From: the human T2T-CHM13v2.0 reference genome, Homo sapiens
Reading direction: 5' to 3' (one strand)
Assembly (NCBI RefSeq): GCF_009914755.1
Contig: NC_060928.1
DNA: 64,000 bases
A program made the translations under genes and the position numbers. Shown piece by piece: positions 1-13,615 of this stretch. Positions within the stretch are counted from its first letter, which is position 1. The number at the start of each line of letters is the position of its first letter. The notes beneath the pieces were generated by a model that saw nothing but the letters and a program-made list of their open reading frames with translations, was not told the DNA's origin and ran no database searches.

Positions 1-530
1 TAAAGTTTTATTGGAAGGTGTGAGGAAAAGTAGCAATAGATGCAAAGGAGATTAAGCCGATGAAAACTAATTGCCTAATTATTAATTTTAGGAAATAGAT
101 TAAGAATGGAAAATGGATCAGAGCACACAATAATGCTCAAAAATGAACAATAGGGACAAAGGTATACTAATATAAATTCTTTTTTAATATTTTTGATTTA
201 GTGAAAATATTAGCTAAATAAATTGGAGGATGGAGCAAGGCAACAAACGTGTGGATGCAACAAAACAACCAGGTCCTCATGATGATAAAAGGAAGTCAAT
301 ACATAATATTATGCCACTAGCTGAAGAATTAATAGTTAGCAACTTTCCCATGTATTTAGAAATATAGAGATGTGTAAAAGCCAGAATAATGGTTTAAAAA
401 TAGATCATGGTTGCATCAAAGGAGGGGAAATAGAGACAGAGACTTATTTTATTTTATTATGTCCTTTGAGCACTATTCAAGTCTTTAAAACTGTGTGCAT
501 ACGCTACTCAGATAACTTAACAATTAATGC
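1..530 (+). mobile_element. Old L1 (L1MC/L1ME-type) 3' UTR remnant
   Basis: Ends in 'cactattcaagtctttaaaactgtgtgcatacgctactcagataa', resembling the recalled L1MC4-type terminus; highly diverged. Confidence 0.45.
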
Positions 531-888
531 ATAAAAGTAAACAAATACATCGGTTCTGTCCAATAGACCACACATCCCTCCCACATTCCTACTGAATCAT
601 AGGCAAACTGAAAGAGGTGCCAAATATACTTTTGTCCTTCAGGTATCTTCAGGTAACTTGTAAAGTGGAAAGATTTTGGGTTATGGATTCAGAGAAACAT
701 GGATTTCAATTTCACCTCCTGAATTTCTGATTTGTCACCTATCTCCAAGTGTGATAATATTTTTTATTACAAATTAAATAATACAAAAGTTAAGCTCTTA
801 ACACATACCTAGCAAACAGTAAGTGATCATTATTTTTAGTTCCCTCTCATCCTGGATAACATAATGCAGGCAGTAGAAAAGCCAACTA

Positions 889-1039
889 CTGTATTTTCTT
901 GATTCAAACATACATACCTTTCACTTTGCTGAGTTGAGGATAATCAACGGTGTCTTAAAACTGGCAGCTGCCATTTTTTTACATTTTTTATCCCTGAAAT
1001 TGGGCTGGTTTATAATAGCATCTTATACAAAAAATACGG
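889..1039. mobile_element. TcMar-Tc2 MITE (MER104-like)
   Basis: Terminal inverted repeats ctgtatttt... and ...aaaatacgg with TA on the left; internal 'acatttttta tccctgaaattggg' resembles MER104. Confidence 0.55.
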
Positions 1040-1799
1040 TTTAAAAAATCAAAAACTAAAAGCACTAATTTTCCAAATGGAAAACCCTGAGTTCAGGCAC
1101 TGCTCACCACCTCACTGCTCCAAAAGACAAAACTTCAATGTGAAACAGGCCAAATACTTTAAATAAACATTTAGCTTATATGTAAAATTCTATTAATGAA
1201 TGAGGTACTTAGCCAACAAAATAATAGACATGAACAAGGATTGGAAAGTGGCATGAGAGTTAACATGGGGCCAGCCAGATGGGTGAGAGAGCAGAGGGTT
1301 TAAAAGTCACTGAAGATATTTATCCATAATTTATTCACATAACTAATACTACACAGCACATGTTATGTTCCAGGCATGGAAGAAGTCACCAGAATACAAC
1401 TGAGTCAAACGAGTACATGCTCTTCAGAACATTATTTGCTACTACTTGCTTCATATATTTTTTCCTCTTTCTAGCCTTCCCCTTTTCCTATTTTGTTCTT
1501 TTCCTCTTCTCTTGGTGATATCTATAAGCTCAACTTAAAAGTCTATGGAACTATCATAAACAGTCTATTTTCTCTACTGTTTTCTACAAATAAGCTGCTA
1601 AAAGCACCCTAACAATTATCTTTGTGCTTTATTAGAAATAACTTCTCAACTATACTAAAAATATCCATTATTTATAATGTACAGTCAATTACCCAAACAT
1701 AAGAAAATATGCTGTGTAAAATTACGCACTAATTTCTTAAAATAATTTCAAGTGCTTAATGTCTACTTGAAAAAAACATAGCCGCTCAATGCTGTTTAC

Positions 1800-2982
1800 A
1801 TTTCATACATTTATTTGCTCAGTTTGCAAGTTTTTAATAAGCATCTACTATTAGCCAGGCATAGACCTAGGTTTTGGGCTTAACAAGCACTCCATAAAAT
1901 ATAAAAGCAGAGGAAAAAGAATATTAGTGAAGAGCATCAGATAGTGATAGGTAATAAATGATATGGAGAAGGGAGAAAGTAGGAAAGATAAATAAGAGAA
2001 AAGTGGAAGCTTGTGATTTTAAACAGGACAGGTCCCACTGAAAGAAATGTGAAGGACAGAGCCATGCAGATATCTAGGAAAAAAAAAAAAAACCTTAGGG
2101 AAAAGGAAACACAAGTGCAATTAATCTTGACGGGAAGCAACATATCACATGTTTGAAAACAGGAAGCTGGAGAAGAGAGTGGAAAAGAGGTCAGAGTTAA
2201 GCAGAAAGCCAGAGAGCAGACAGTTGTTGAGCAAAGACCCTAATGAGACAGAGAACCATTGGAGGGTTTAACATAGCATTGTCACAGGCATCTCAAAATT
2301 AATAGTGTTGATAAAAGCTCATTTTATTTTCAGAAGGACCACTCGAAATGCTGTTCAGAAAAAAAAAACTGTAACACAGCAAATTGGGAGATATTAAATT
2401 AATCCCAGAGATACATGATAATATATCCAGGATGGTCATGCTGGAGTTGGGGAGAAACTGATTCTGGATTTATTTGAAATACAGTCAACATGATTTACTG
2501 ATAGATTGAATATGCACCATTAAAGAGTGAAGTCAAGGATTATTTTGTTTGTTTCATTTGAATAAAGTAAAAGAAGAGGATTGCCATTTACTGACTTGGG
2601 AGACTGTGGAAGAAGTAGCTGGGCAGGCAGGAAGACCAGTATTTCTGCTTTGGACATATGAACTTGAAGAAACCTATTGCATAATCAAGTGGAAGTACCA
2701 TTAAGCTGTTAGATATATTAGTAGTGATATCTGAAGTTATAAACATGGGAAGCATATAATGTTTTTTAAGCCATGGGGCTGAACAGGTTCGGCTGATCAG
2801 GGTCACCAAGGAAATTTATGAAAAATGAGTTGTCATGAGTAAGGCTGTGTGTCACCCTAATTTAAAGGCCAAGGAAATGAAAAGGAACCAAGAAAAATAT
2901 CTGAGATGGAGACGCCAGTGAAGTCTGAGAAAAATCAAGAGTGTGGTTTCTCAGAAGCCAACTGAAGAGGGTATTTCAATGT
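1800..2982 (-). mobile_element. L2 LINE fragment (interrupted by L1PA; resumes ~5339-5450)
   Basis: Starts with an L2 3'-end motif ('ttaataagcatctactattagccaggc'), followed by purine-rich L2-like sequence ('gaagtcaaggat', 'ttttggacatatgaacttgaag'). Confidence 0.7.
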
Positions 2983-2995
2983 AGAAAGAAAGATC

Positions 2996-5325
2996 TGGGG
3001 GCCAATATTCAACACTCTTAAAGAAAAGAATTTTCAATCCAGAATTTCATATCCAGCCAAACTAAGCTTCATAAGCAAAGGAGAAATAAAATCCTTTACA
3101 GACAAGCAAATGCTGAGAGATTTTTGTCACCACCAGGCATGCCTTACAAGAGCTCCTGAAGGAAGCACTACACATGGAAAGGGACAACCAGTACCAGCCA
3201 TTGCAAAAACATACCAAATTATAAAGACCATAGATGCTATGAAGAAACTGCATCAGCTAATGGGCAAAATAATCAACTAGCATCACAATGGCAGGATCAA
3301 ATTCACACATAACAATATTAACCTTAAATGTAAACAGGCTAAATTCTCCAATTAAAAGACACAGACTGGTAAATTGGATAAAGGGTCAAGACCTATCAGT
3401 GTGCTTTATTCAGGAGACCCATCTCATGTGCAAACATACACAGAGGCTCAAAATAAAGGGATGGAGGAATATTTACCAAGCAAATGGAAAGCAAAAAAAA
3501 GCAGGGGTTGCAACCCTAGTCTCTGATAAAACAGACTTTAAACCAGCAAAGATCAAAAGAGACAAAGAAGGGCATTAAATAATGGTAAAGGGATCAACGC
3601 AACAAGAAGAGGTAATTTTTGTAAATATATATGCACCCAATACATGAGAACGCAGATTCATAAAGCAAGTTCTTAGAGACCTACAAAGAGACTTAGACTC
3701 CCACACAAGAACTGTGGGAGACTTTAACGCCTCACTGTCAATATTAGACAGATCAACGAGACAGAAAATTAACAAGGATATCCAGGAGTTGAACTCAGCT
3801 TTGGACCAAGCGGACCTAATAGACATCTACAGAACTCTCCACCCCAAATCAACAGAATATACATTCTTCTCAGCACCACATCGCACTTATTCTAAAATTG
3901 ACCACATCATTGGAAATAAAACACTTCTCAGCAAATGCGAAAGAACGGAAATAATAACAAACTGTCTCTCAGACCACAGTGCAATCAAATTAGAACTCAG
4001 GATTAAGAAACTCACTCAAAACTGCACAAACACATGGAAACTGAACAACCTGCCCCTGAATGACTACTGGGTAAATAATGAAATTAAGAAGAAAAAAAGT
4101 TGTTCTTTAAAACCAATGAGAACAAAGACACAACGTACCAGAATTTCTGGGACACATTTAAAGCAGTGTGGAGAGGGAAATTTATAGCACTAAATGCCCA
4201 CAAGAGAAAGCAGGAAAGATCTAAAACTGACACCCTAACATCACACTTAAAAGAACTAGAGAAGCAAGAGCAAGCAAATTTAAAAGCTAGCAGAAGACAA
4301 GAAATAACTAAGATCAGACCGGAACTAAAGGAGATAGAGACACGAAAAACCCTTCAAAAAATCAATGAATCCAGGAGTTGGTTTTTTGAAGAGATCAAAA
4401 AAATTGATAGACCACTAACCAGACTAATAAAGAAGAAAAGAGAGAAGAATCAAATAGATGCAATAAAAAATGATAAAGGGGATATCACCACTGATTCCAC
4501 AGAAATACAAACTACCATCAGAGAATATTATAATACCTCTATGCAAATAAATTAGAAAATCTATAAGAAATGGATAAGTTCATGGACACATACACCCTCC
4601 CAAGACTAAACCAGGAGGAAGTCAAATCCCTGAATAGACCAACAAGTTCTGAAATTGAGGCAGCAATTAATAGCCTCCCAACCAAAAAAAGTCCAGGACC
4701 AGTTGGACTCACAGCCAAATTATACCAGAGGTACTCCATTGTGCAAGACAGTGTGGTGATTCCTCAGGGATCGAGAACTAGAAATACCATTTGACCCAGC
4801 AATCCCATTAATGGGTATATACCCAAAGGATTATATATCATTCTGCTATAAAGACACATGCACACGTATGTTTATTGTGACACTGTTCGCAATAATGAAG
4901 ACTTGGAACCAATCCAAATGCCCATCAATGATAAACTGGATAAAGAAAATGTGGCACATATGCACCATGGAATACTATTCAGCCATAAAAAGGATGAGTT
5001 CATGTCCTTTTCAGGGACATGGATGAAGCTGGAAACCATTATTCTCAGCAAACTATCACAAGAAGAGAAAACCAAACACTGCATGTTCTCACTCATAAGT
5101 GAGACTGGAACAGTGAGAACACATGGACACAGGGTGGGGAACATCACACACCAGGGCCCGTCCGGAGGGTGGGGACTGGGGAAGGGATAACATTAGGAGA
5201 AATATCTAATGTAGGTGACGGGTGGATGGGTGCAGCAAACCTCCATGGCACGTGTATACCTATGAAACAAACCTGCACATTCTGCACATGTACCCCAGCA
5301 CTTAAAGTATAATAAAAAGAAAGAA
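2996..5325 (+). mobile_element. 5'-truncated, internally deleted L1PA (L1PA6/7-like)
   Basis: End of ORF1, ORF2 endonuclease region (MAGSNSHITILTLNVN...), 3' UTR and A-tail. 13-bp TSD agaaagaaagatc at 2983-2995 and 5326-5338. ~2 kb of ORF2 missing at ~4735. Confidence 0.95.
3288..4734 (+). pseudogene. Disrupted L1 ORF2 N-terminal part (APE-like endonuclease)
   Basis: ORFs 3288-3578, 3714-4187, 4100-4555 and 4570-4794 carry L1 EN motifs (IQETH, GDFN, SKIDH, SDH) separated by stops and frameshifts. Confidence 0.9.
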
Positions 5326-5482
5326 AGAAAGAAAGATCAACTGAAAAATACTGCCGATAAAACAATAAATTGAGATCCAAAAAATGACCTCTGTAACCAG
5401 CAGTTCACTGGTGATTTTGAAATTAGGAGTTCCACTGCAATGATGGAGATATGGCCTCATTTCCATATTTCATCACTCTCAA

Positions 5483-5707
5483 CAGTGTTCTTGAGAACCG
5501 GTGAATTTGTCTTCCAGGGGATCTTTGCCAATATCACGAGACATTTTTGATTGTCACAATTTAGGTGTTTGGGGAGTTGCTACTGGCATCTAGTGGGTAG
5601 AGACCAGAGATGCCACTAATGTCCTAATACAAAGAGGAGAGCCTCTACTTCACAACAAAGAATTATTCAGCCAAATATGTCAGTGGTGGTGAGACTGAAA
5701 AACCCTT
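5483..5707 (+). mobile_element. MER20 (hAT-Charlie)
   Basis: Diagnostic 'acatttttgattgtcacaa', 'tgctactggcatctagtgggtagagacc' and 'cacaacaaagaattattcagcc'. Confidence 0.9.
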
Positions 5708-7156
5708 CTATAAAATAACTTTCTATTATCATCTGGTCAGAGATGATAATAGACTCTGAGAAATAAAGACTCTCAGAGTTCACAAATGAGGCATAGTGGC
5801 TTAAGTATTATAAAATACTATAACTAATTGGCTTCAACCAATCGTGTTAAACTTTTACTCTACTACCACTTACCTGTTTAGTCATCATTAAAAGGAGGGC
5901 AATATAATTATTTCTGTAAAAGTAAGTCATTCTCTAACTACAGATTTCTGTTATAACTGATATCTCTCTAAGCTTCCTATAAATATAACCATGTATAGTC
6001 TTCACATATATACCTTCATGTGTATACATAAACCAATAGCCCTTAGGGACATATGCAATTTTTTAAATTTAATTTCAGATTTTGAAATTATTTAACAAAT
6101 TGTTTTTTCTTTGAATATAGTGCCTTCCTTGAAACCAAAACTGAATAAATTAATTTCATAAAGTTATTCATACATATTAAAAATAATTTGCAAGGCAAAG
6201 TGAACAAGGTGAATACATTTGTTCTGAAAAGCTAAAAAAAATTTGGAACATTATTTTAGAATCAAACAACATCTAAATAAAATTAAGATGTGCTACATAA
6301 TAGACTGAATATTTTGTTTCACTTTGAAGGATGTATTAATTTGAGTAATTCTTTTGAATATCTATCATATAAAAAAGGAAAATTTGGACATGTCTCTTGA
6401 ACTAAATTCACTGAGCATTAATAATGCATATAGGAAATTAAATCAAAAAGAACTCTAAGCCATGTGACCACAAGAGCAATATCTGCTTTTGGTCTAAAGG
6501 ATATTTGAAAGCAATTACAATAGTATATCATTCAGTTCTCTCAGTAGTTCTCAATTAATTCTTCTACATAGCAAATATATATGGTCTACTATGATAAAAT
6601 TTCCTATGTACTGAGAAAACAACAGCAAATAAGGCATAATCTTTGTTCTCATGCTGATTTACTTACTCATGATTGACTTACTCATTTTATTTTTTTTCCC
6701 TAAGCAATCCCTATTTGCTATACAGAAGGGTGCTTCTGGCTAAAAACTGTTCATTTGCAAACAATTAAAGATTCCTGTGAAGTCTTCATGAGGGAAATAC
6801 CTGCCAAAAGAAGTATGCCAATGGGATACTATAAACTGATATACCCTGGGCTACAATTATGCTTTGAAGAAAATATAGATTCTCCTGTTGCTTGATATTG
6901 CTCATAATTTCATAATTTTACACTGTTAATTTATACACTAATATTTTGAAATCAAGTCAAAATCTAAATGTTGATTGGGCCTATTAGTGTTTGCACATGA
7001 ACACATGGCTATTACTATTGCATGACATTGCTTTCTCTCATTTTGGAGTCTTAAGGTCTATATATCAGGATTTCTTTAAGCTGTTAACAAAATATCAAAT
7101 GTTATTATTATTAATGTATGAGTTCCTTAATTGTAGAGAACCTTCCACATTTGAGA

Positions 7157-7222
7157 GATATATATGCACTATATATATGGTGTGTATATATATATGTATA
7201 TATATATATACACACACATATA
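7157..7222. repeat. (TA)n/(TG)n/(CA)n compound microsatellite
   Basis: Directly visible dinucleotide runs. Confidence 0.85.
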
Positions 7223-7242
7223 CTAAAAGTATAGATGCAGAG

Positions 7243-7400
7243 ATGTGAGTTTGAATTTGAACTCAGCCACTTACTTGCTTTGTGACATTGGGCAGGTTAC
7301 TTCTCTAAGCTTCAGGTAATTCATTTAAATGGCTGTCATGAGGATGAAATTGGGTGATTTGGGGGAAAGCATCTGACTGACAATAACTGTTCAATAAACA
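7243..7400 (+). mobile_element. MIR SINE
   Basis: Core 'gccacttacttgctttgtgacattgggcaggttacttctctaagcttcag'. Confidence 0.8.
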
Positions 7401-8420
7401 GCTGAATTGTTCTCTTGATGTGTAACTAATTTTATTTTTCAAAGAGACACCTACGCAGTAGATATTCCATAACTGTTCAAAGTAATGCATGAGTGGAATA
7501 AGGGCTTTTAATCTGTTTTCCTACAGCATTTAGAGCCCTGAAATGCTATCCTTGAATCTGGCAATAAAGACCCTATTAAATTTTTTTACAGAGAATTATT
7601 AGAAGCATGGTTAGTCTGAAGGTCAGTGTGTAGACTATAAAGACTACTGATGGTTTTTTTTTAATGTAAAAATGAATACTTTAAATACTAGAGGAGTTTG
7701 GCAGAAAAGTTACTGAAGAAATAGATATATTTAGGTGAAAAAGAAAGAACAGATGTAGATTTTCAAAGGAAATCTTACGTACAACCAGGAAAGGTAGGGA
7801 AAGGCGAGGTTGAAATCAGAAGTGATCAGAGGAAGAGATATCCTGAAAGAGGGTGGAAAGAGTGGAAGACACAGCCAAATATTAAACTGTCTGGGGAGTG
7901 CAAACCAGCTTAGACCGTACTGAAAAATAAATGCCTAAATATAGTAGGAAAATAGAAAACCCGTAGACTTATGATTGTGATAAATCACTATAGTGGTATG
8001 TGTGTAATGGGAGATGAATATTTGATATTACTGAAGAAGTAAGGACATTATGTTTGATCCACAAAGTGAGAGAGTAAGGCTGCAAGGGGTTATCTGATTG
8101 CGTCAGCGTGAATATACTGACTTAGTGTTTGCAGAGGTAGAGTTTTCCTAAGTAGTCTTAAGGATGGCAGCTGATACCCACGGTCAATATTGGGCAATTC
8201 ATTGTATCAACACAATCAAGTAATCCAGAGAGTCACCAATATGAATGCCCAAATTACTGTGAATGATAAGCATGTCCTTTATTTTAAAAATATTTATGAT
8301 CAGAGTATAAAATTTAAGAGCATTGATTGCCTTATTTACCTTTTTGATTGAGGCAGTTGAAGACAATATTGCATCTGAGCCCATCATCTGGTGAAGCATG
8401 ACACATGTTGATGTTTACTG

Positions 8421-8598
8421 AGTTGGTTCTCAAATTGCGCTGCAAATTAGAATCTGTTGACAGTTTTTTAGATATGTCGATGCCCAGGCCACACCCAAGA
8501 TGAGCTAAATTAGAGTCTCTGGGGTAGGCCTCAGACATCAACAACTTTTAGTCCTTTTGGGGTGATTGCAACGCGTAGTCGAGTTAAAATTCATTACT
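8421..8598. mobile_element. MER5A/B (hAT-Charlie)
   Basis: 'ggttctcaaa...cattagaatc...gatgcccaggccacaccca...gtctctggggtaggcc...ggtgattg' pattern. Confidence 0.75.
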
Positions 8599-8742
8599 CT
8601 AAATTGAAGAAATGACGCTCTAAGGTTTTGCATAGCATCCTCACTTTGGATAGGATGACATAGGCTAGCAAGAGCTAAAGACAGAGGGTGCGGCAGCACT
8701 TGGTGCAAGCCTGCCAACAACCCCAAAGGCTGCTCAGGCTAA

Positions 8743-9086
<344 letters not shown>

Positions 9087-10369
9087 TCACTTTCCACGTT
9101 CTTAATTTCAATGTCATAGAAGGATAAAGAGAAAAAGAAGGGAGGGAATTAAAGTGTGAAATAAAATCTTAAATATCTTTCCTCTAACTGTGAAAATATT
9201 GTCATATTCAGCAGCTGTATGGTTTCATTGCTATGCTCTGCTAAGTAAGCCATCTCACAGCTAATGACTTACTGCATTTTTAGTGTCACACTGGCTTTCA
9301 GTACTAGACAGTAGAGACGGGCCCTATCAACAAACCTCTTTTGTTCATAGAAAACACAACAATGAGTCTCTGGAATTTTTACTTAAAATTTAAAATATGT
9401 AATGAAGCCCCAAGGCAAATTAATAAAGAGAAACAACAACAGTTCTAAAAAGTGAGATAAGGTATTTTGAGATACAAATATAAGTAGCTTACATCATTGT
9501 AAAAAATAACACCGTGCGTCCTAAAGTGGCCATTAGTTATGGGAACATCCATACATAATTTTACAACTTAAGATTCCAAGCTGAAGTATACCGTTAATAC
9601 AAATGTTCCAGAACACTGTGGAACAGTTGTTAGATGACTCAAAGTTTCAGTGTACACAGATCAGATAATCCACCAATAACTACACAAGGATGAAGAGAGC
9701 CGCAAAATGATTAAGGATAGAAACATTTTAGGAGAACATAACCAATGCTGATATTTTACATATATAACAACGAACCATGGAGTAGTTTCTCAGCTTACTC
9801 AGGGTAGAGAATATAACTAATCCAGACAGTCGAGTAGCATCACTGAACACTCATTTTCCTGACAGTTCATAACAGATATCTGACACATCTGTGTGATAAA
9901 AGCAACACCTGAACACTTTAAATAATCATCTAAGCTTGGACTAAACTGAAATTTCAACTTTTTAAATAATCACTGTGCACTTAAATAGAAGTAAAATGTA
10001 ATTATGAGTGCTTGTTGATGGCTGAGAGCAGAATTTCCCATTTCAAGAGGATAAATCATATTTCTAAAAAGTAGGAAAAGTTCAACAAAACAAATAAATG
10101 AAGCATCACATGCTTCCAAAGTAGTAATCCACTCTAATATCTATCTTAATATATTGACCAGAGTATTTATCAAAATATGTTTTTTAAAATTTGCTCCAAA
10201 TATACTGAGAAAAAAATTAATTTTTTTCTTAAGATGAAATGTTTTGTTTGTTTAGCCTATCTATTTATTTGTTTAGCATGCACGAAAGTGAACTTATCTA
10301 TTTGGATATTTTAACAATTACCCAATGTAAAGAAATCCAATCATATCTATCATTTATTGATTAATAATA

Positions 10370-10545
10370 GTGTTAGATGCTATGCTAAGCTCTTTAAAGG
10401 TGTTTAATTTTATTCTAACAACACCATGAGAGAGATACTATTTTTGCCATTCTACAGATGATAAAACTGAGGTTCAGTAAGGTGAGATAACTTGCCTAAG
10501 GTTACCACCACATATGGTTAGTATGTGTGATTGGGCTTTGACTGA
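10370..10545 (-). mobile_element. MIR SINE
   Basis: 'tacagatgataaaactgaggttcagtaaggtgagataacttgcctaaggttac'. Confidence 0.8.
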
Positions 10546-10779
10546 ATTACAGATCATCTGCAGATCATCTAATGCTCTTTGCCCTCCATGAGGCTATCTT
10601 CCTGCCATGCACTTAGCGATCACTCTCAAAAAACAAAAACAAAACAAAGCAAAAAACCATGGGAATAAATGGGGTGCCCATGGGACAGTAAAGCAGAGCA
10701 GCTTTTGGCATCAATTCTAGACTTTCTTTCTTAGAAAACTGTTAGATTATATAAATCAAAGAGGATTGCTTTATAGGAT

Positions 10780-10973
10780 TGCTGTCCCATATGTGACTAT
10801 TTGAACCTAAATCAAAATAATTAAAATTAAATTAAATTTTAAAACTTCAGCTCCTCAGAAACTCGTGCCACATTCCCAGTGATCCATAACCACACAGCAC
10901 TAGTGGCTACAGTATTGGATAATGCAAATATAGATCATTTTTATTACCATAGAAAGTTTTACTGGACAACACT
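10780..10973 (-). mobile_element. MER3 (hAT-Charlie)
   Basis: 'ctagtggctacagtattggataatgca...catagaaagttttactggacaacac'. Confidence 0.8.
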
Positions 10974-11367
10974 CTATATCATTACCTTAAAAATCTTAAG
11001 AGACAGAAAGTCGTATATTTCACTTTGTGGCTTTAAATTTTAGCAGTATTTTTCCTAGCATGTTAGATGTCTATTAAACACAGTGAATACTGCACTAGCG
11101 TTCAAATGACACATAGCATCAAAACACAAGGAGTTTTTAAGTCATCAACTAACAAAGACAATTATATTACTTAGTGATATTCTGATTACAAGTGACAGTA
11201 ACTGACTTCAAATTAGTTTAAGCGGGGAAAAATGACAAGACATAGGTAGATTTCAGGGAAAAACTAGAGCTAGGGCTTTAATCACTGTCAGAGCCTTCCT
11301 TTCCATACTCCTCTCTGCTTTCTCTACACACCTGTTTCACTCTCATTTCTGCCTCAAGCCCCCAATA

Positions 11368-11610
11368 CTAGTTTTTGCTCTCTCTGTTAAGGATCACGTA
11401 CAATATTTATCACATATTTAGTTTTTCTGTTATATTTTGATAAATTTTAATAAAAATGGGGTCCTTTACAATCCCAAGTATGTTATTATGTTCCTATAGA
11501 AATATTATTCCAAGAAGGGGTTCATAGACTTCACCTAAGTGATCCTTGTCACACACACATACACACACATGCACGCGTGCACACACACACACAATGTTTA
11601 TGAACACTGC
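11368..11610. mobile_element. hAT-Charlie (Charlie4-like) fragment containing a (CA)n tract, probably within an old MLT1 LTR (~11170-11800)
   Basis: 'attattccaagaaggggttcatagacttcacc' resembles a Charlie4-type end; upstream 'gattacaagtgacagtaactgacttcaaattagtttaagc' resembles MLT1J/K. Confidence 0.5.
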
Positions 11611-12485
11611 ATCTAGAAAGAGAGTAAGATTATATTCCCTCCAGCCTCATCTCCAAAATTCCCAGAAAAGGGTTTGAGCAGCTCAATTTTGGTGCCTGTT
11701 TTGGGACCAGGATTACGGTCCTAGGGACACTCAGAGGCCCCAGCGCAAAGCATACATGCAGAATGAGTGTGGTCAGCAACCGAGAAAAAATGAGGTTATT
11801 TTTCCAATATGAGAGGGTTAGGGGAAGGAAAAATAATAGCTGGCTGCAATGCTAAAAGATTATTTTAGTTCTCAGTTCCTATGCAGCTGTCATAGATTTA
11901 AACAACTGAGCTAAAGAAAGAAATTACCTCAATAGAAATGGGAGGAAAGAAGTTTCTTCAACATTCATTTCCGGTACAATCCTCCCATAACCTGTTGAGA
12001 AATCCCCCCTGCCTATGATTACTTGGGATTCAACAAAAATTGAAAATTTCTATCATTTCTGTGATCCTCTTGTAAATCAATCTTCACATTACAGAATGAC
12101 TACAGATTTTCAGGGCATCATTACAGTATGTCATCTTTATTGGAGTCCATGGTTGAGAAATAGAAGCCCTGTAGAATAGCATCTCCAAAATCGGATCACA
12201 GGAACTTTACATGAAATTGCTAGCATCTAGCAAAGTAGTGACAATAATGCTGCACTTTCCAATCTCTCCTGCTTCCTTGGTGCTTGGTAATTGTGATGAT
12301 GAGAGGAAAAACAGTATTCAATTATCCTAATGTTTTGCCTTGAAATTATTTTAACCTAATACCTGTGTTAAATCATTCATCCAAGTAAGTTTTTATTGCC
12401 CTCATAACAGGAAGTTATATAGTATATCTAGTAATGTATTATAAATGTATCATAATTTATTCAAAAATTTTGTGATTATCCACTG

Positions 12486-12775
12486 TTTTTTTTTAAGGCG
12501 GAGTCTTGCTCTGTTGAAGACTAGAGTGCAGTGGTGCAATCTTGGCTCACTGCAATCTCCACCTCCCGGCTTAAAGCAATTCTCTTGTCTTAGCCTCCTG
12601 AGTCCCTGGGATTACAGGCACTCCGCCACCACGCCCAGCTAATATTTTCTATTTTTGTTAGAGATGGGGTTTCACCATCTTGGACAGGCTGGTCTTGAAC
12701 TCCTGACCTCAAGTGATCCACCCGCCTCGGCCTCCCAAAGAGCTGGGATTACAGGCATAAACCACCACGCCCAGC
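12486..12775 (-). mobile_element. AluS (Sx/Sz-like)
   Basis: Full dimer with T-tail and 'ctcctgacctcaagtgatccacccgcctcggcctccc'. Confidence 0.93.
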
Positions 12776-13130
12776 ATATCTGCTAATATCTACTATTTTT
12801 AAATCCAGAAAATGGAACCAAACAATATTCCCAAGTTAAAACTAAAGTTATGATAAATATATGAAAGAAAGAAAACAACACATGAGATACAGTAAAATTG
12901 CCATGTAAAGCAGCTCAAAATCTAATATTTTTCAACTCATTAAAGATTGAACACACTTTTAATTCACTTGAGTTTTAAAACTTTCACAGAATAAATTTGA
13001 AATCACTGGGCAGAGAGTATTAAATGTGGACTTTGTTAACAGGAAAACATAGAAAGGCTTGAAAGGGTCAAAGAAGTTAAATGAAAATAGCAGGGAGAAA
13101 AATATTGACTGCAATATTTGAAGACATAAT

Positions 13131-13615
13131 GCAGCTGTATCTAATAGAAATACTATCCGAGCCACATATGAAATTTAAAATCTAGTAGTCAAAGGGGAGG
13201 GAGAGCATTAGGACAAATACCTAATGCATGCAGAGCTTGAAACTCAGATGACAAGTTGATAGGTGCAGCAAACCACCATGCATATGTATACCTTCGTAAC
13301 AAAACTTCATGTTCAGCACATGTATCTGAGAACTTAAAGTAAAATTTAACAAAAAATTTAAAAAGTAAAAAAAAAAGTTGTTCTAGCAGCCACATAGAAA
13401 AGTTAAAACAAAACAGATAAACTTTAACAATATGCTTGACTTAATACAATTCAAAATAGTATCATAACATTTAGTCAATATGAGTTGAGATATTTTACAT
13501 TATTTTTAACGCTAAGTCTTCACAATTGTGTGTTCTGTTTTACATATACAGCAAAATCTTAACTTGTGCTATCCACATTCCAAGTACTTCATAGTGACTC
13601 TATGGGCCAGTGCAG
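13131..13615. mobile_element. MER33 (hAT-Charlie), split by an L1PA fragment
   Basis: 'ctaatagaaatactatccgagccacatatg...tctagtagtc' resumes as 'tctagcagccacat...gagatattttacat...ctaagtctt'. Confidence 0.8.
13191..13376 (+). mobile_element. L1PA8-like 3' UTR fragment
   Basis: 'gggagggagagcattaggacaaatacctaatgcatg...aacttaaagtaaaat' plus A-rich tail; degenerate TSD tctag(t/c)ag(t/c)c. Confidence 0.9.

Noticed and set aside
4725-4740. Spliced L1 (SpIRE) junction
   Set aside because: The would-be intronic GTAC is retained after CAGAG, which does not fit splicing at that donor.
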